Shown here: positions 25,693 to 34,404 of the stretch, piece by piece
Numbering within the stretch: position 1 is the stretch's first letter
Layout of the letters: the number at the start of each line of letters is the position of its first letter
Assembly: GCA_018396995.1 (NCBI GenBank)
Contig: JAGTQB010000007.1
Span: 10,170-74,169, forward strand
Reading direction: 5' to 3'
DNA length: 64,000 bases
DNA from: Candidatus Bathyarchaeota archaeon
GTDB taxonomy: Archaea > Thermoproteota > Bathyarchaeia > Bathyarchaeales > DTEX01
The notes under the pieces: generated by a model
The model's input: the letters and a program-made list of their open reading frames with translations, nothing else
Told to the model about the DNA's origin: nothing
Database searches by the model: none
Translations under genes and position numbers: made by a program

Positions 25693-27444
25693 GTGATGAA
25701 GGCAGTTGATAAGTTTGAAAAGATAAGTGAGATGGCGCGTAGAAGGGGCTTCTTTTGGCCATCATACGAAATCTATGGCGGTGCAAGTGGCTTCATATGT
25801 TGGGGCCCACTTGGCTCTCTCATGAAGCGTAAGATAGAAGATAAGTTCAGGGACATATTTCTAAGACGCTTAAACTTCTATGAAATTGAGACTCCAATAA
25901 TAGCTCCCGAGAGGGTTTTCAAGGCATCTGGACACCTAGACAATTTTAGGGAGCCGATGGTTGAGTGCACCCTATGTAAAAGGAAGTTCAGGGCCGATCA
26001 TCTACTCCAAGAGGCCGCTGGGCTGAGTTCCCAAGAAACTGATAGGATGGGGTTGGAGGACATAAAAAGAGCAATTGAGGAACACTGCATCAAGTGCCCT
26101 GAGTGTGGCGGCTCCCTCTCCGAGCCAAGGTACTTCCTAACAATGTTCCAGACAACTATCGGGCCATACTCTGAGAGCGTTGGTTATGGCCGCCCTGAGG
26201 CGGCTCAGGGAATATTCACTGAGTTTAGGCGCCTCTATGAGCATGTTAGGGAGCGCCTACCAATAGGCTTTGCTCAAATAGGGCATGCTTTAAGAAACGA
26301 GATATCCCCGAGGCAGGGGCCGATAAGGCTCAGGGAGTTCACGATAATAGACTTGGAGTTCTTCTTTGATCCCGAGAATCCCAAATGCCACCTCTTAGAT
26401 GAGGTTGCAGATGAGAGACTGAGGCTCATTCTGGCGCAGAATAGGCTTAGGGGCGATGAGAACCCGGTTGAGCTGACCGTTAAAGAGATTATCGATAAAG
26501 GTTATGTTATGGTTGAGTGGCTGGCCTTCTTTATGGCGCTTGGTAAACGTTTCGTCACCAGCCTTGGCATACCTGAGGATAAGCAGCACTTCATAGAGAA
26601 GCATCCCTGGGAGAGGGCTCACTACTCGGCCCAGGGATTCGACCAGGAGGTTTACCTTGAGCGCTGGGGTTGGGTTGAGGTTGCCGGTTTTAATTATAGA
26701 ACAGACTATGATTTAAGTGGGCATATGAGGGAGAGCGGCGTAGACATGAGGGTCTTCAAGATGGGCGGCGAAAACGTCACTCATGTTGAAAGTAAGGTGA
26801 AGCCGATAATACAGAACATAAAGGAGGATTTTGGCGACATGGCTCCCAAAGTTATAAGGGCATTACAGAATATTAATCCGTCTTCGCTTTTAACGGCATT
26901 TGAGAAGCAGGGCTTCTATGACCTGAATGGCTTAAGGGTTATGCCAAGGCATGTTGAAGTCTCTGAGGTGGAGGTTAAAGCGAGGGGTAGGCGCTTCATA
27001 CCTCATGTTATTGAGCCGAGCTTTGGCTCCGACCGCCTAGCTTACGCAGCTCTGGAATACGCCTACACGGTTAAGGATGACAGGGTTGTATTAAAATTGC
27101 CTAGAGATATTGCCCCAATACAGTTGGCCGTATTACCGCTAGTTAGCAGGGATGGGCTCCCGGAGAAGGCCAGAGAAGTATATAATCTTTTGATTGACGA
27201 GGGGTTCTACGTTGAGTATGATGACGCAGGTTATATTGGGAGGAGATATGCGCGCTTCGACGAGATTGGAGTTCCACTTTGCGTAACAATAGACTATCAA
27301 ACATTAAGAGATGACACGGTAACCATACGCGATAGAGATACGTGGAAGCAGGTTAGGGCCCAAATAAAAGAGCTACCGCAGCTGTTACACAAGTATTTCC
27401 GTTATAAAATCAATTTTGAGGATTTGGGCGCACCATGTAGGTAG
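25693..27444 (+). CDS. glyS: Glycine--tRNA ligase (archaeal/eukaryotic alpha2 type)
   Basis: 583 aa. N-terminal RRGFFWPSYEIYGG, class II motifs (RPEAAQGIF, FRNEISPR, GSDRLAYA) and a C-terminal anticodon-binding domain. Confidence 0.93.
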   Translation: MMKAVDKFEKISEMARRRGFFWPSYEIYGGASGFICWGPLGSLMKRKIEDKFRDIFLRRLNFYEIETPIIAPERVFKASGHLDNFREPMVECTLCKRKFRADHLLQEAAGLSSQETDRMGLEDIKRAIEEHCIKCPECGGSLSEPRYFLTMFQTTIGPYSESVGYGRPEAAQGIFTEFRRLYEHVRERLPIGFAQIGHALRNEISPRQGPIRLREFTIIDLEFFFDPENPKCHLLDEVADERLRLILAQNRLRGDENPVELTVKEIIDKGYVMVEWLAFFMALGKRFVTSLGIPEDKQHFIEKHPWERAHYSAQGFDQEVYLERWGWVEVAGFNYRTDYDLSGHMRESGVDMRVFKMGGENVTHVESKVKPIIQNIKEDFGDMAPKVIRALQNINPSSLLTAFEKQGFYDLNGLRVMPRHVEVSEVEVKARGRRFIPHVIEPSFGSDRLAYAALEYAYTVKDDRVVLKLPRDIAPIQLAVLPLVSRDGLPEKAREVYNLLIDEGFYVEYDDAGYIGRRYARFDEIGVPLCVTIDYQTLRDDTVTIRDRDTWKQVRAQIKELPQLLHKYFRYKINFEDLGAPCR

Positions 27445-27507
27445 GTTTTTAAAACGCTACAAACTATCTTTTATAGGAGAGATACATATGACTTTGAGGG
27501 GTTCTCA

Positions 27508-28167
27508 GTGGTCTTCCCAATAGAGACAGAACCTCGTATTAAGAGGAGAGCCTTAAGCTTATGTCAAGAACATTTAAGAAAGGTTGTTGAGGTTGCTAGG
27601 AAGACTGCGCAGATGATCGATGCTTTCGTGGTAGGAGATAGAGATTCTATAGTGCGATTATATAATGAAGTGCATAAGCTTAGTGAGGACGTTGCCTCCT
27701 CAAAAAGGACTATTGCGCAGGAGCTCACTGAGGTGGGCTCTATATTAATTAACCGCGAGGACTTTTTAAGGTTCACTTTTGTAACCAGCGATATTTCCGA
27801 GCTTTGTAAGGGTGTTTCATTTAGGGTTTTAGCAATGGTTGAGCGTAAATGGGATATTCCAGAGGAGATTAAGAGGGGGTTGGCGGAGCTCTCAAGCGCG
27901 ATGTTTAACGCTATGATGAGACTTAGGGATATGACTTTCGCCCTTAATTATGGGTCGCCACAAGTATCTGAGAAGGCTAGGGAGGTTGAGCAGGTGGAGA
28001 AGGAGGTCGATAACCTCTATAGAAGACTTGAAATAATGGTTTTAGAGTGGAATATGGAGGTGCCAAAATTGCTTCTAGCAAGAGACATTATACGCTTCCT
28101 TGAGGACATAACTGATAAAATTGAGGATGCTTCAGACAACGCTAGAATACTCGCATTAGCCCTATAG
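27508..28167 (+). CDS. DUF47 / PhoU-like helical protein (TIGR00153-like)
   Basis: 219 aa, all-helical. The C-terminal LEDITDKIEDASDNARILAL is typical of DUF47 proteins. No adjacent Pit transporter. Confidence 0.55.
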   Translation: MVFPIETEPRIKRRALSLCQEHLRKVVEVARKTAQMIDAFVVGDRDSIVRLYNEVHKLSEDVASSKRTIAQELTEVGSILINREDFLRFTFVTSDISELCKGVSFRVLAMVERKWDIPEEIKRGLAELSSAMFNAMMRLRDMTFALNYGSPQVSEKAREVEQVEKEVDNLYRRLEIMVLEWNMEVPKLLLARDIIRFLEDITDKIEDASDNARILALAL

Positions 28168-28185
28168 GAGGATACCCTGAAAAAG

Positions 28186-28752
28186 ATGGGGCGCAAAAGG
28201 AAGAAGATTGAGACGGAGTTGATAGAAAATTTTTTAGTGGTTTGGGATCCAAAAGACGGGTCAGAGCTCTATAAAATGGGCTTTTATGGAAAGCCCCTTG
28301 GGATACCGAAGCCAAAGAGCCTGGAATTTAACGTCCCGTTAATCCTTGACTTGATGGAGGGCCTATATTTACTTGAGAAAGGCATATTAAGTGTGTATGA
28401 AGGCCCAGAGAAAAGCAGGGTCACAAAGAGAAAGCTTAGGAGTAGAGCCAGAAAAGTTTACGAAGACTTTGACCTAAAATATGTCGCATATAAGGATTTA
28501 AGAGATAAGGGGCTTATTGTAACTCCCGGGGTTAAATTTGGATGTGACTTTGCAGTCTATAAGATTGGCCCCGGACTTGAGCATGCGCCATACATGGTCT
28601 CCGTTAAAAATAGAAGAGATGAGATAACGCCAACCGAGATTGTTAAGGCTGGTAGACTTGCAACAAGCGTGAGGAAGCGCTTTATAATAGCTGTTCCAGA
28701 CCTAGAGAAGGGTAAAGTTGAATACTTGATCTTTAAGTGGTTTAAGGCATAA
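28186..28752 (+). CDS. endA: tRNA-splicing endonuclease catalytic subunit
   Basis: 188 aa. GFYGKPLG and LxLxEALYL-like MEGLYLLEKG. C-terminal catalytic domain with FAVYK...HAPYMV...K. Confidence 0.85.
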   Translation: MGRKRKKIETELIENFLVVWDPKDGSELYKMGFYGKPLGIPKPKSLEFNVPLILDLMEGLYLLEKGILSVYEGPEKSRVTKRKLRSRARKVYEDFDLKYVAYKDLRDKGLIVTPGVKFGCDFAVYKIGPGLEHAPYMVSVKNRRDEITPTEIVKAGRLATSVRKRFIIAVPDLEKGKVEYLIFKWFKA

Positions 28753-28756
28753 AACA

Positions 28757-28761
28757 TTTTT
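28757..28761 (+). terminator. Oligo-T run 5 nt after the endA stop
   Basis: TTTTT begins 5 nt downstream of TAA 28750-28752. Archaeal terminators are typically oligo-T tracts. Confidence 0.3.
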
Positions 28762-28762
28762 A

Positions 28763-28836
28763 TCAGAATCCGGATTCCTCATCATTTCGTTCAGGATTAG
28801 CTTGATCAGTCCCGGGTAATAACATCATTTCATCAT
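28763..28836 (-). ncRNA. Candidate C/D box sRNA (2'-O-methylation guide)
   Basis: Minus strand reads ATGATGA-A-ATGATGT-TATTACCCGGGA-CTGA-TCAAGCTAATCCTGAACGAA-ATGATGA-GGAATCCGGATT-CTGA. A C-like box, 12 nt, then D' CTGA; a C' box ATGATGA, exactly 12 nt, then D box CTGA. Lies intergenic, ~33 nt downstream of the rps6e stop. Weak points: the long (20 nt) D'-C' linker and no clear terminal stem. Confidence 0.35.
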
Positions 28837-28869
28837 GAAGTAATTTTGCTTTCCCAGAGATTTAAATTT

Positions 28870-29229
28870 TTATGTCTTTTCTACTCCTTCTAAGATTTTA
28901 AGGTTTATTTGCATAATATCCTCAGTTATAATATTTCCCCTGACAGTTTTTCTTCTTCTCTCGCCCTTTTCCTTAGGTCTAAAGCCCGGCCCATCACTAA
29001 GGAGGACACCTGTCTTTACTCCACCATGTACATCCATTCTCATTGGGAAGCCATCCCTATCGCTCCCACCAGTTATTAAGAGTTTTACCCCAGGCATGCC
29101 TATTACTGATCCGTCGACAGTATCCCCTATCTTCTTACCTATAAAGGGTATTGCTTTAGGCCCCTCAACCTCAACGGATTTAGCCTTACCAGTTTTAGGG
29201 TCGGAGATAACTAGCTTAAACTTAGCCAT
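28870..29229 (-). CDS. rps6e: Ribosomal protein eS6 (S6e)
   Basis: 119 aa. MAKFKLVISDPKTGKA... and GGSDRDGFPMR are typical of S6e. Confidence 0.93.
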   Translation of the reverse strand: MAKFKLVISDPKTGKAKSVEVEGPKAIPFIGKKIGDTVDGSVIGMPGVKLLITGGSDRDGFPMRMDVHGGVKTGVLLSDGPGFRPKEKGERRRKTVRGNIITEDIMQINLKILEGVEKT

Positions 29230-29267
29230 TTCCTGTCCCTCTCTCGAATAGAATTTTCAAAGAGTTT

Positions 29268-30449
29268 TTAAGAATATAAACTATTCGCATCCCAGTAGAT
29301 ATATCTCCTGCGCATAGCAGTTATGGTGAACAGTCTTAGGACAATAACGGCTGGATGCACCAGCTTAACTAGTGGGGGTCGTGGAACCACCACGCTCTTT
29401 TCTAAATCCATAGAATCATCCTCGTAAATATAGAACATACTCTTCTCAATAAACTTCTTTATGGACACTATCTCGGAAATGTAGTCGCTCACAGTTATAT
29501 TTGAGTACTGAAATGTATAATGCTCTATTACTGCTGAATGTATTATTGCGCTGAGGGGCTCCACCTTCAGGTCCGCGTGAACGTAAGTTAAATCTACTGG
29601 AAGCCAGCCCCATGGCGGCACATAAACCATTGCCCAACCATGCCAGCCTATACCCGTCTGCCTTATCATTAAGTGTCCAGACCAGTAGACGAAGCTGCGG
29701 TGGAGTCCTGGAATATATATGCAGCCAATCTGGAGGTAGGCTGGTATCCCAACTGCTCGGCACAAGGTTATCAATAGGTTGGCCTGGTCATCGCAGTCTC
29801 CGAGGCGCTGATTAATGGTTTCATTGGGGTATCTTGGAACCTCTGACGTGGCGTAATGGATGTTTCTGGCTATCCATGAGATGAATTCTTTCAGAATTGT
29901 TAGGACCCTCCTCTCTCCACCAGCTATCTCCTGGGCGAGTTCTCTAATCTCGGTCACATTAAAGTGCCATAGAGATGTGGGCTTACAGAACTTCTCCTTT
30001 AACTCTAATGGTATATCGTCTAGCTCTCCAGATAGATCCTCTGATATTATTGGTATACTTCTCTCTTTAAAAACCAGTCTATAGGTGACGAGATAGCTTA
30101 ATCTTCTTCCAGGGGGAACCTTCATATCACCGACATCCAATAGTATCACCGTGTTCCCATCAGAATCATTACTAAACTTCTTAATGGGGTACGATGTATA
30201 CACCAGATATACCTCCTGCCAACTATTATTCATGAACAAGCCTATTGTAACATCCTCATCTCTTAAAGTCCATGTCTCATTTGTGCTCTTATTCTCATAA
30301 ACTACCTTAGTTGTGAGCCAAAACGTCCTCTCTAATGTGGCGACATATTTAGGGCGGTATGCTCCATAAAGTGCGATGAGTGAAATGAAAGCAAGTAGTA
30401 AGAGCCCTATGTTACTCTTGCCCTTTTGGGAGCTCCTCATCTTATACAA
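29268..30449 (-). CDS. Membrane-anchored transglutaminase-like (cysteine protease fold) protein
   Basis: 393 aa. N-terminal TM segment (IGLLLLAFISLIALYGAY). Transglutaminase core GDCDDQANLLITLCRAVGIPA with downstream His/Asp region (GWHGWAMVY..PVDLT). Confidence 0.75.
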   Translation of the reverse strand: MYKMRSSQKGKSNIGLLLLAFISLIALYGAYRPKYVATLERTFWLTTKVVYENKSTNETWTLRDEDVTIGLFMNNSWQEVYLVYTSYPIKKFSNDSDGNTVILLDVGDMKVPPGRRLSYLVTYRLVFKERSIPIISEDLSGELDDIPLELKEKFCKPTSLWHFNVTEIRELAQEIAGGERRVLTILKEFISWIARNIHYATSEVPRYPNETINQRLGDCDDQANLLITLCRAVGIPAYLQIGCIYIPGLHRSFVYWSGHLMIRQTGIGWHGWAMVYVPPWGWLPVDLTYVHADLKVEPLSAIIHSAVIEHYTFQYSNITVSDYISEIVSIKKFIEKSMFYIYEDDSMDLEKSVVVPRPPLVKLVHPAVIVLRLFTITAMRRRYIYWDANSLYS

Positions 30450-30518
30450 TCCACTCTAAAATTGTGATTATCTTTAAATTTAAATAATATTTTAGTCTCA
30501 ATTTAAGTTGGTGGGTTT

Positions 30519-31058
30519 ATGCAGGTTAAGATTGGTGAGACGTTAATAGAGCTTGTTGAGGGCGATATAACTGAGCTTCCAGTTGACTGTATAGTTAATG
30601 CTGCCAACAGTATGCTTAAGATGGGTGGGGGTGTTGCTGGAGCGATTAGGAGAAAGGGTGGAGAGAAGATCCAGAAGGAGTGCGATAAAATAATTGCTGC
30701 GAGGGGGCCAATACCAGTGGGTGGGGCAGCCATAACGAGTGGCGGGAACCTTAAGGCTAAGTATGTAATACATGCTGTTGGTCCAGTTTATGGTGAGGGC
30801 GATGAGGAAAGAAAACTTAGGGATGCTGTGATAAATAGTTTAAAGCTCGCGGAGCAGTATGGTTTATTAAGCATAGCCTTCCCAGCGATATCGACCGGAG
30901 CCTTCGGGATGCCGAAGAAGATGTGCGCCGAAACAATGCTTCCGGCGGCAATATCCTACGTTAAGGGTGGAACTAATATAGAAAAGATAATTTTCTGTCT
31001 CTACGACCATGAAACATTCAATATATTTAAAGAAACACTTCAGAAAATCAAAATTTAA
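30519..31058 (+). CDS. Macro domain protein (ADP-ribose / O-acetyl-ADP-ribose binding or hydrolase)
   Basis: 179 aa. VDCIVNAANSMLKMGGGVAGAI, HAVGP and AFPAISTGAFG are macro-domain signatures. Confidence 0.85.
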   Translation: MQVKIGETLIELVEGDITELPVDCIVNAANSMLKMGGGVAGAIRRKGGEKIQKECDKIIAARGPIPVGGAAITSGGNLKAKYVIHAVGPVYGEGDEERKLRDAVINSLKLAEQYGLLSIAFPAISTGAFGMPKKMCAETMLPAAISYVKGGTNIEKIIFCLYDHETFNIFKETLQKIKI

Positions 31059-31136
31059 CGCTGTTCAAGTCCCGTGATAAAAAAATTAAGAGTAAATAAT
31101 CCTTGTCTTTGCTGCTTCCCTCTTTAAATTTTTAGC

Positions 31137-31595
31137 CTATTCTATACCCCATCTTCTAGTTACCTTAACTATCAAGAAGATTACAAATGCAATTATTAGG
31201 AATGTTATGACCGCGCCTATAAACCTGCCTACGCGGAAGGGTCCAAGAATAAGCTGCTCCCAGGGGAGACCCGGGGTCACAAACTCTATTATTGGCATTA
31301 TAATATCATTTACGAGAGATTGAACTAGAGCACCTAAGTATATGCCCATGATGAAGGCTACGGCCATCCCCATAACCTTATACTTCAATATAAAGTCCCT
31401 AAACTCGGCGACAAGCCCTTTTGGAGGCGGGGGCGCTGGTTTAGGAGCCAGAAGATCTCTGATCTCTTTTAAGACGCTTAAGATCTCCTCATCTTTACGC
31501 GCCCTTGACATATGGTTTCTCACATCCAGCTTCCTTATTCTATACTCTAGTTGTTCACTAGAGTTAAATAAGATTTTAGACAAGAATACTCTCAT
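31137..31595 (-). CDS. mscL: Large-conductance mechanosensitive channel MscL, with the cytoplasmic helix apparently at the N-terminus
   Basis: The core EFRDFILKYKVMGMAVAFIMG...LVNDIIMP...FLIIAFVIFLIVK matches MscL TM1, loop and TM2. The ORF ends right after TM2. The N-terminal extension contains EEILSVLKEIRDLL plus the Pro-rich APKPAPPPPK. The real start may be the internal ATG at 31511 (125 aa). Confidence 0.8.
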   Translation of the reverse strand: MRVFLSKILFNSSEQLEYRIRKLDVRNHMSRARKDEEILSVLKEIRDLLAPKPAPPPPKGLVAEFRDFILKYKVMGMAVAFIMGIYLGALVQSLVNDIIMPIIEFVTPGLPWEQLILGPFRVGRFIGAVITFLIIAFVIFLIVKVTRRWGIE

Positions 31596-31601
31596 AGGGG
31601 G

Positions 31602-31817
31602 TTGTCCGGGTTGTCTAGGAAACCTTGCCCGAATGTAGAGGTAAATTTAAGGGATTGCCCATGCACATATCCGTGTGACATTAAGGGGATATGCTGCCAG
31701 TGCTTGCTTAACCATAGGTTGCATGGTGAGCTGCCAGCATGCTATTTTCCGCCAGAGGTTGAGCGGACATATGACAGGTCGATAAAGCGGTTTATACAAA
31801 TCTATAGGGGTAAGTAA
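31602..31817 (+). CDS. Small cysteine-rich protein (resembles the DUF6485-type CxCTYxC...CCxC family)
   Basis: 71 aa, TTG start. Motif CPCTYPCDIKGICCQCLLNHRLHGELPACYFP...TYDRS. The family name is recalled from memory, not verified. Confidence 0.5.
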   Translation: MSGLSRKPCPNVEVNLRDCPCTYPCDIKGICCQCLLNHRLHGELPACYFPPEVERTYDRSIKRFIQIYRGK

Positions 31818-31843
31818 AACATCTTGCTTATAGGGGAAAGATC

Positions 31844-32530
31844 ATGGCTAGGAGGCGTATTGCCCTACAAGCAATCACCTCCTTTGCTGTTCTGCTCATC
31901 GGGCTGGCCCTTGGGAGTCTCTTAGGAGAGTCTAGGCTAGATGAAAGGGTAAAGGAGATTCGTGAGGAAAATGAGAACTTAAAGAGGTGGCTTAAAGGGA
32001 ACATAACGATATATAAGAGTCAAATTGAGTCCCTTAATAGCGAGATTAAAGCCCTTAGCAATCAGATCAAGCAGCTTAATGAACAACTTGAAATTGAGAT
32101 CCTTGGAATATACTTTTCTCCGAGGGGAGGCTGTGCTAGGGCGATAATCAACCTAATTAATTCCGCAAACAAGTCTATTCACGTATTAATCTATAGTTTT
32201 ACATTTGATTCAATTGGGTATGCTCTTATTGACGCTTATAGGCGTGGGGTTGACGTTAAAATTGTCTTTGAGAAGAATGAGGTTAAAGAGTATAGTGTGT
32301 ATTGGATGCTTAGGGAAGCAGGTGTTTCTGTGCGTAACGACACGAACCCTAGTCTGATGCATAACAAGGTTATGATAATTGATTCAGAGATAGTTGTCAC
32401 TGGAAGCTATAACTGGTCTGTTAGTGCTGAGGAGAGAAACGATGAGAATATAATTATTGTAAGGAGTAGGAAGATTGCAGAGGAATACGAGAGGAAGTTT
32501 GAGGAAATTTGGATGAAGAGTGTTGGTTAA
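31844..32530 (+). CDS. Phospholipase D-family (Nuc-like) protein with N-terminal TM anchor and coiled coil
   Basis: 228 aa. TM segment (AITSFAVLLIGLALGSLL), a coiled coil, and a single HKD motif HNKVMIIDSEIVVTGSYNWS. Confidence 0.8.
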   Translation: MARRRIALQAITSFAVLLIGLALGSLLGESRLDERVKEIREENENLKRWLKGNITIYKSQIESLNSEIKALSNQIKQLNEQLEIEILGIYFSPRGGCARAIINLINSANKSIHVLIYSFTFDSIGYALIDAYRRGVDVKIVFEKNEVKEYSVYWMLREAGVSVRNDTNPSLMHNKVMIIDSEIVVTGSYNWSVSAEERNDENIIIVRSRKIAEEYERKFEEIWMKSVG

Positions 32531-32542
32531 TTCTCCTCTGTT

Positions 32543-34327
32543 CTAGGAGGCCCAGAGGGGAGAGTTTTTTCTCATAATCCCAATGATTTCCTCCAGAGCT
32601 TCCATTTCATCCCCCCTTAATTTATCCCTGAATTTAGTTTTCAGAATCTTTGCATGGCTCTCTGGAATGCGAACGTAAAGTATGTCGCCTTCATCAAAGT
32701 GTCTCCCAACAATAGGCTTATCGATTGATATCGCCACTTGCTTTCCCTTATCGGCGTATGGTATTGGCGCACCCTTATCCTGAATCTGAAGTATCTCGCC
32801 TATCTCCTTCCCCTCAGCTGTCATGAGTGGCACCCTCGGCCTAATTCTGCCGGCCAGAACTTCTATGCCAACGATAGCTGGCTTAGACCTTCTAAACACG
32901 AAGCCGGGTAAGACCCTTATCTTAGCTGGCCTAATAAGCTTTTCCAGTTCACTCCTCTCACGCTTCTCCTTCTCCTCCCTCATCCACCTTAAGTAGTCGT
33001 CTATTAGGTGGTAGATGACGTTATGCCAGAAGATTGGGACATTATGCATCTTAGCCTCCTCTTCAGCATCTGGGAGAAGCTTAACGTTAAACGCTAAGAC
33101 TGCGCCATATAACGGCTCCTTCTCTTTAACAATCATAGCCTCTGTGACATCTCTCTTTGATACATCGCCTACATCTGCCAGTCTTATTGGCACACCATTT
33201 CTTGTAAGGCTTTCAGCTATAGCCTCTAAAGAGCCGAGAGCGTCCGCCTTCAAAACCACGCCGTCAATCTCAGTAAATATTTTGACACGCTCAACCTCTT
33301 CAGAGACCTCCTTAAAATACTCATCAATCTTATCCTCCGAGGGAACAGCATAAATCGGGGCTCCTGCAATAGCGTCCTCCAAGTCTGGGGCAACTATCTT
33401 AACCCCAGCTGCTGCGGAAACTTCATCAACTGAGGAGAACTTTTCACGTGGATCTCTTATCTCATCTAGTGGTTTGGGCATGAGAATCGCCCTTACATTA
33501 GTGACGATCGGTTTCTCCCTACCGCCGAGAACTATTATGTCGCCCTTACGTAAGACTCCATCATAAATTATTGCGTTTATGGTTACACCAAGCCCAGGCT
33601 CATCCTTGACCTCTAGCACAGTTCCCTTAGCTGGACCGCTCGTTACTGTGAGTCTCTTTTTAAGATACTGTTGTGTTAAGCCTGCCAAAACCGCTATTAG
33701 CTCTGGTATACCTTCACCAGTCTTAGCGCTTACTGGAATAAGAGCGACAGTTCTTGTGAAGTCCTTTATCTTATCGAATCTATCGGCCTTAAACGATAGC
33801 TCAGAGAACTTCCCAACGATATTGTAGAGATGTTCATCTAAAAGCTGTCTAACTGCTGGTTCCTGCTTCATGTAGGATTCTAGGAAGGGGGCATTTGGAA
33901 CAGGCCTCCAGCCCGGTATCCTATCAATCTTGTTTACAGCCACTAAGAAGGGGGTCCTCCGAGCCTTAAGTATCTCTATAACCTCATATGTCTGAGCCTC
34001 AAACCCCTTCAGAACATCTATTACCAATATGGCTATGTCCGCTATGCTACCGCCCCTACGCCTAAGATTAGCGAAAACTTCATGTCCAGGAGTATCGATG
34101 ACTAATAGTCCTGGTATACGTATTTCCCCTCCGACCTTTTTCAGAAATGGGCCCGCGATCTCTCTGAGGGTTTCCATTGGGAAGAAGCTAGCGCCAATAT
34201 GTTGTGTCATTCCGCCAACTTCACGGGCTTGAACGCTTGTCTTTCTAATTTGGTCTAGGAGTGCGGTCTTGCCAACGTCAACGTGTCCGAGAACGCAGAC
34301 GATTGGCTGCCTAATATACTCCGGCAA
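32543..34327 (-). CDS. infB: Translation initiation factor aIF5B (IF-2 type GTPase)
   Basis: 594 aa, TTG start. IRQPIVCVLGHVDVGKT, DTPGHE and NKID G-motifs, with the typical aIF5B length. Confidence 0.95.
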   Translation of the reverse strand: MPEYIRQPIVCVLGHVDVGKTALLDQIRKTSVQAREVGGMTQHIGASFFPMETLREIAGPFLKKVGGEIRIPGLLVIDTPGHEVFANLRRRGGSIADIAILVIDVLKGFEAQTYEVIEILKARRTPFLVAVNKIDRIPGWRPVPNAPFLESYMKQEPAVRQLLDEHLYNIVGKFSELSFKADRFDKIKDFTRTVALIPVSAKTGEGIPELIAVLAGLTQQYLKKRLTVTSGPAKGTVLEVKDEPGLGVTINAIIYDGVLRKGDIIVLGGREKPIVTNVRAILMPKPLDEIRDPREKFSSVDEVSAAAGVKIVAPDLEDAIAGAPIYAVPSEDKIDEYFKEVSEEVERVKIFTEIDGVVLKADALGSLEAIAESLTRNGVPIRLADVGDVSKRDVTEAMIVKEKEPLYGAVLAFNVKLLPDAEEEAKMHNVPIFWHNVIYHLIDDYLRWMREEKEKRERSELEKLIRPAKIRVLPGFVFRRSKPAIVGIEVLAGRIRPRVPLMTAEGKEIGEILQIQDKGAPIPYADKGKQVAISIDKPIVGRHFDEGDILYVRIPESHAKILKTKFRDKLRGDEMEALEEIIGIMRKNSPLWAS

Positions 34328-34380
34328 ATTTAATCACTCTCATAAATGTTTAGTAGCTTAACTCTTAGCAATAAGAGGCT

Positions 34381-34387
34381 AAAAAAA
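34381..34387 (-). terminator. T7 run downstream of the DRTGG-domain gene
   Basis: Seven A on the + strand equals T7 on the - strand, ~18 nt after the stop at 34405-34407. It sits next to a TTTATATA box that could drive infB. Confidence 0.35.
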
Positions 34388-34404
34388 TATATAAATGAAT
34401 CTCG

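Noticed and set aside
28767-28778. Perfect 12-bp palindrome GAATCCGGATTC considered as an endA terminator hairpin
   Set aside because: With no loop it can form only a ~4-bp stem. The adjacent oligo-T run is a sufficient archaeal terminator signal. The palindrome is instead reported as part of the candidate C/D sRNA guide.
34353-34368. Hairpin CTCTTA-GCAA-TAAGAG between the DRTGG gene and infB
   Set aside because: It is a short 6-bp stem in a promoter/terminator spacer. The T7 run and TATA-like box already explain the region, and there is no evidence of a structured RNA.
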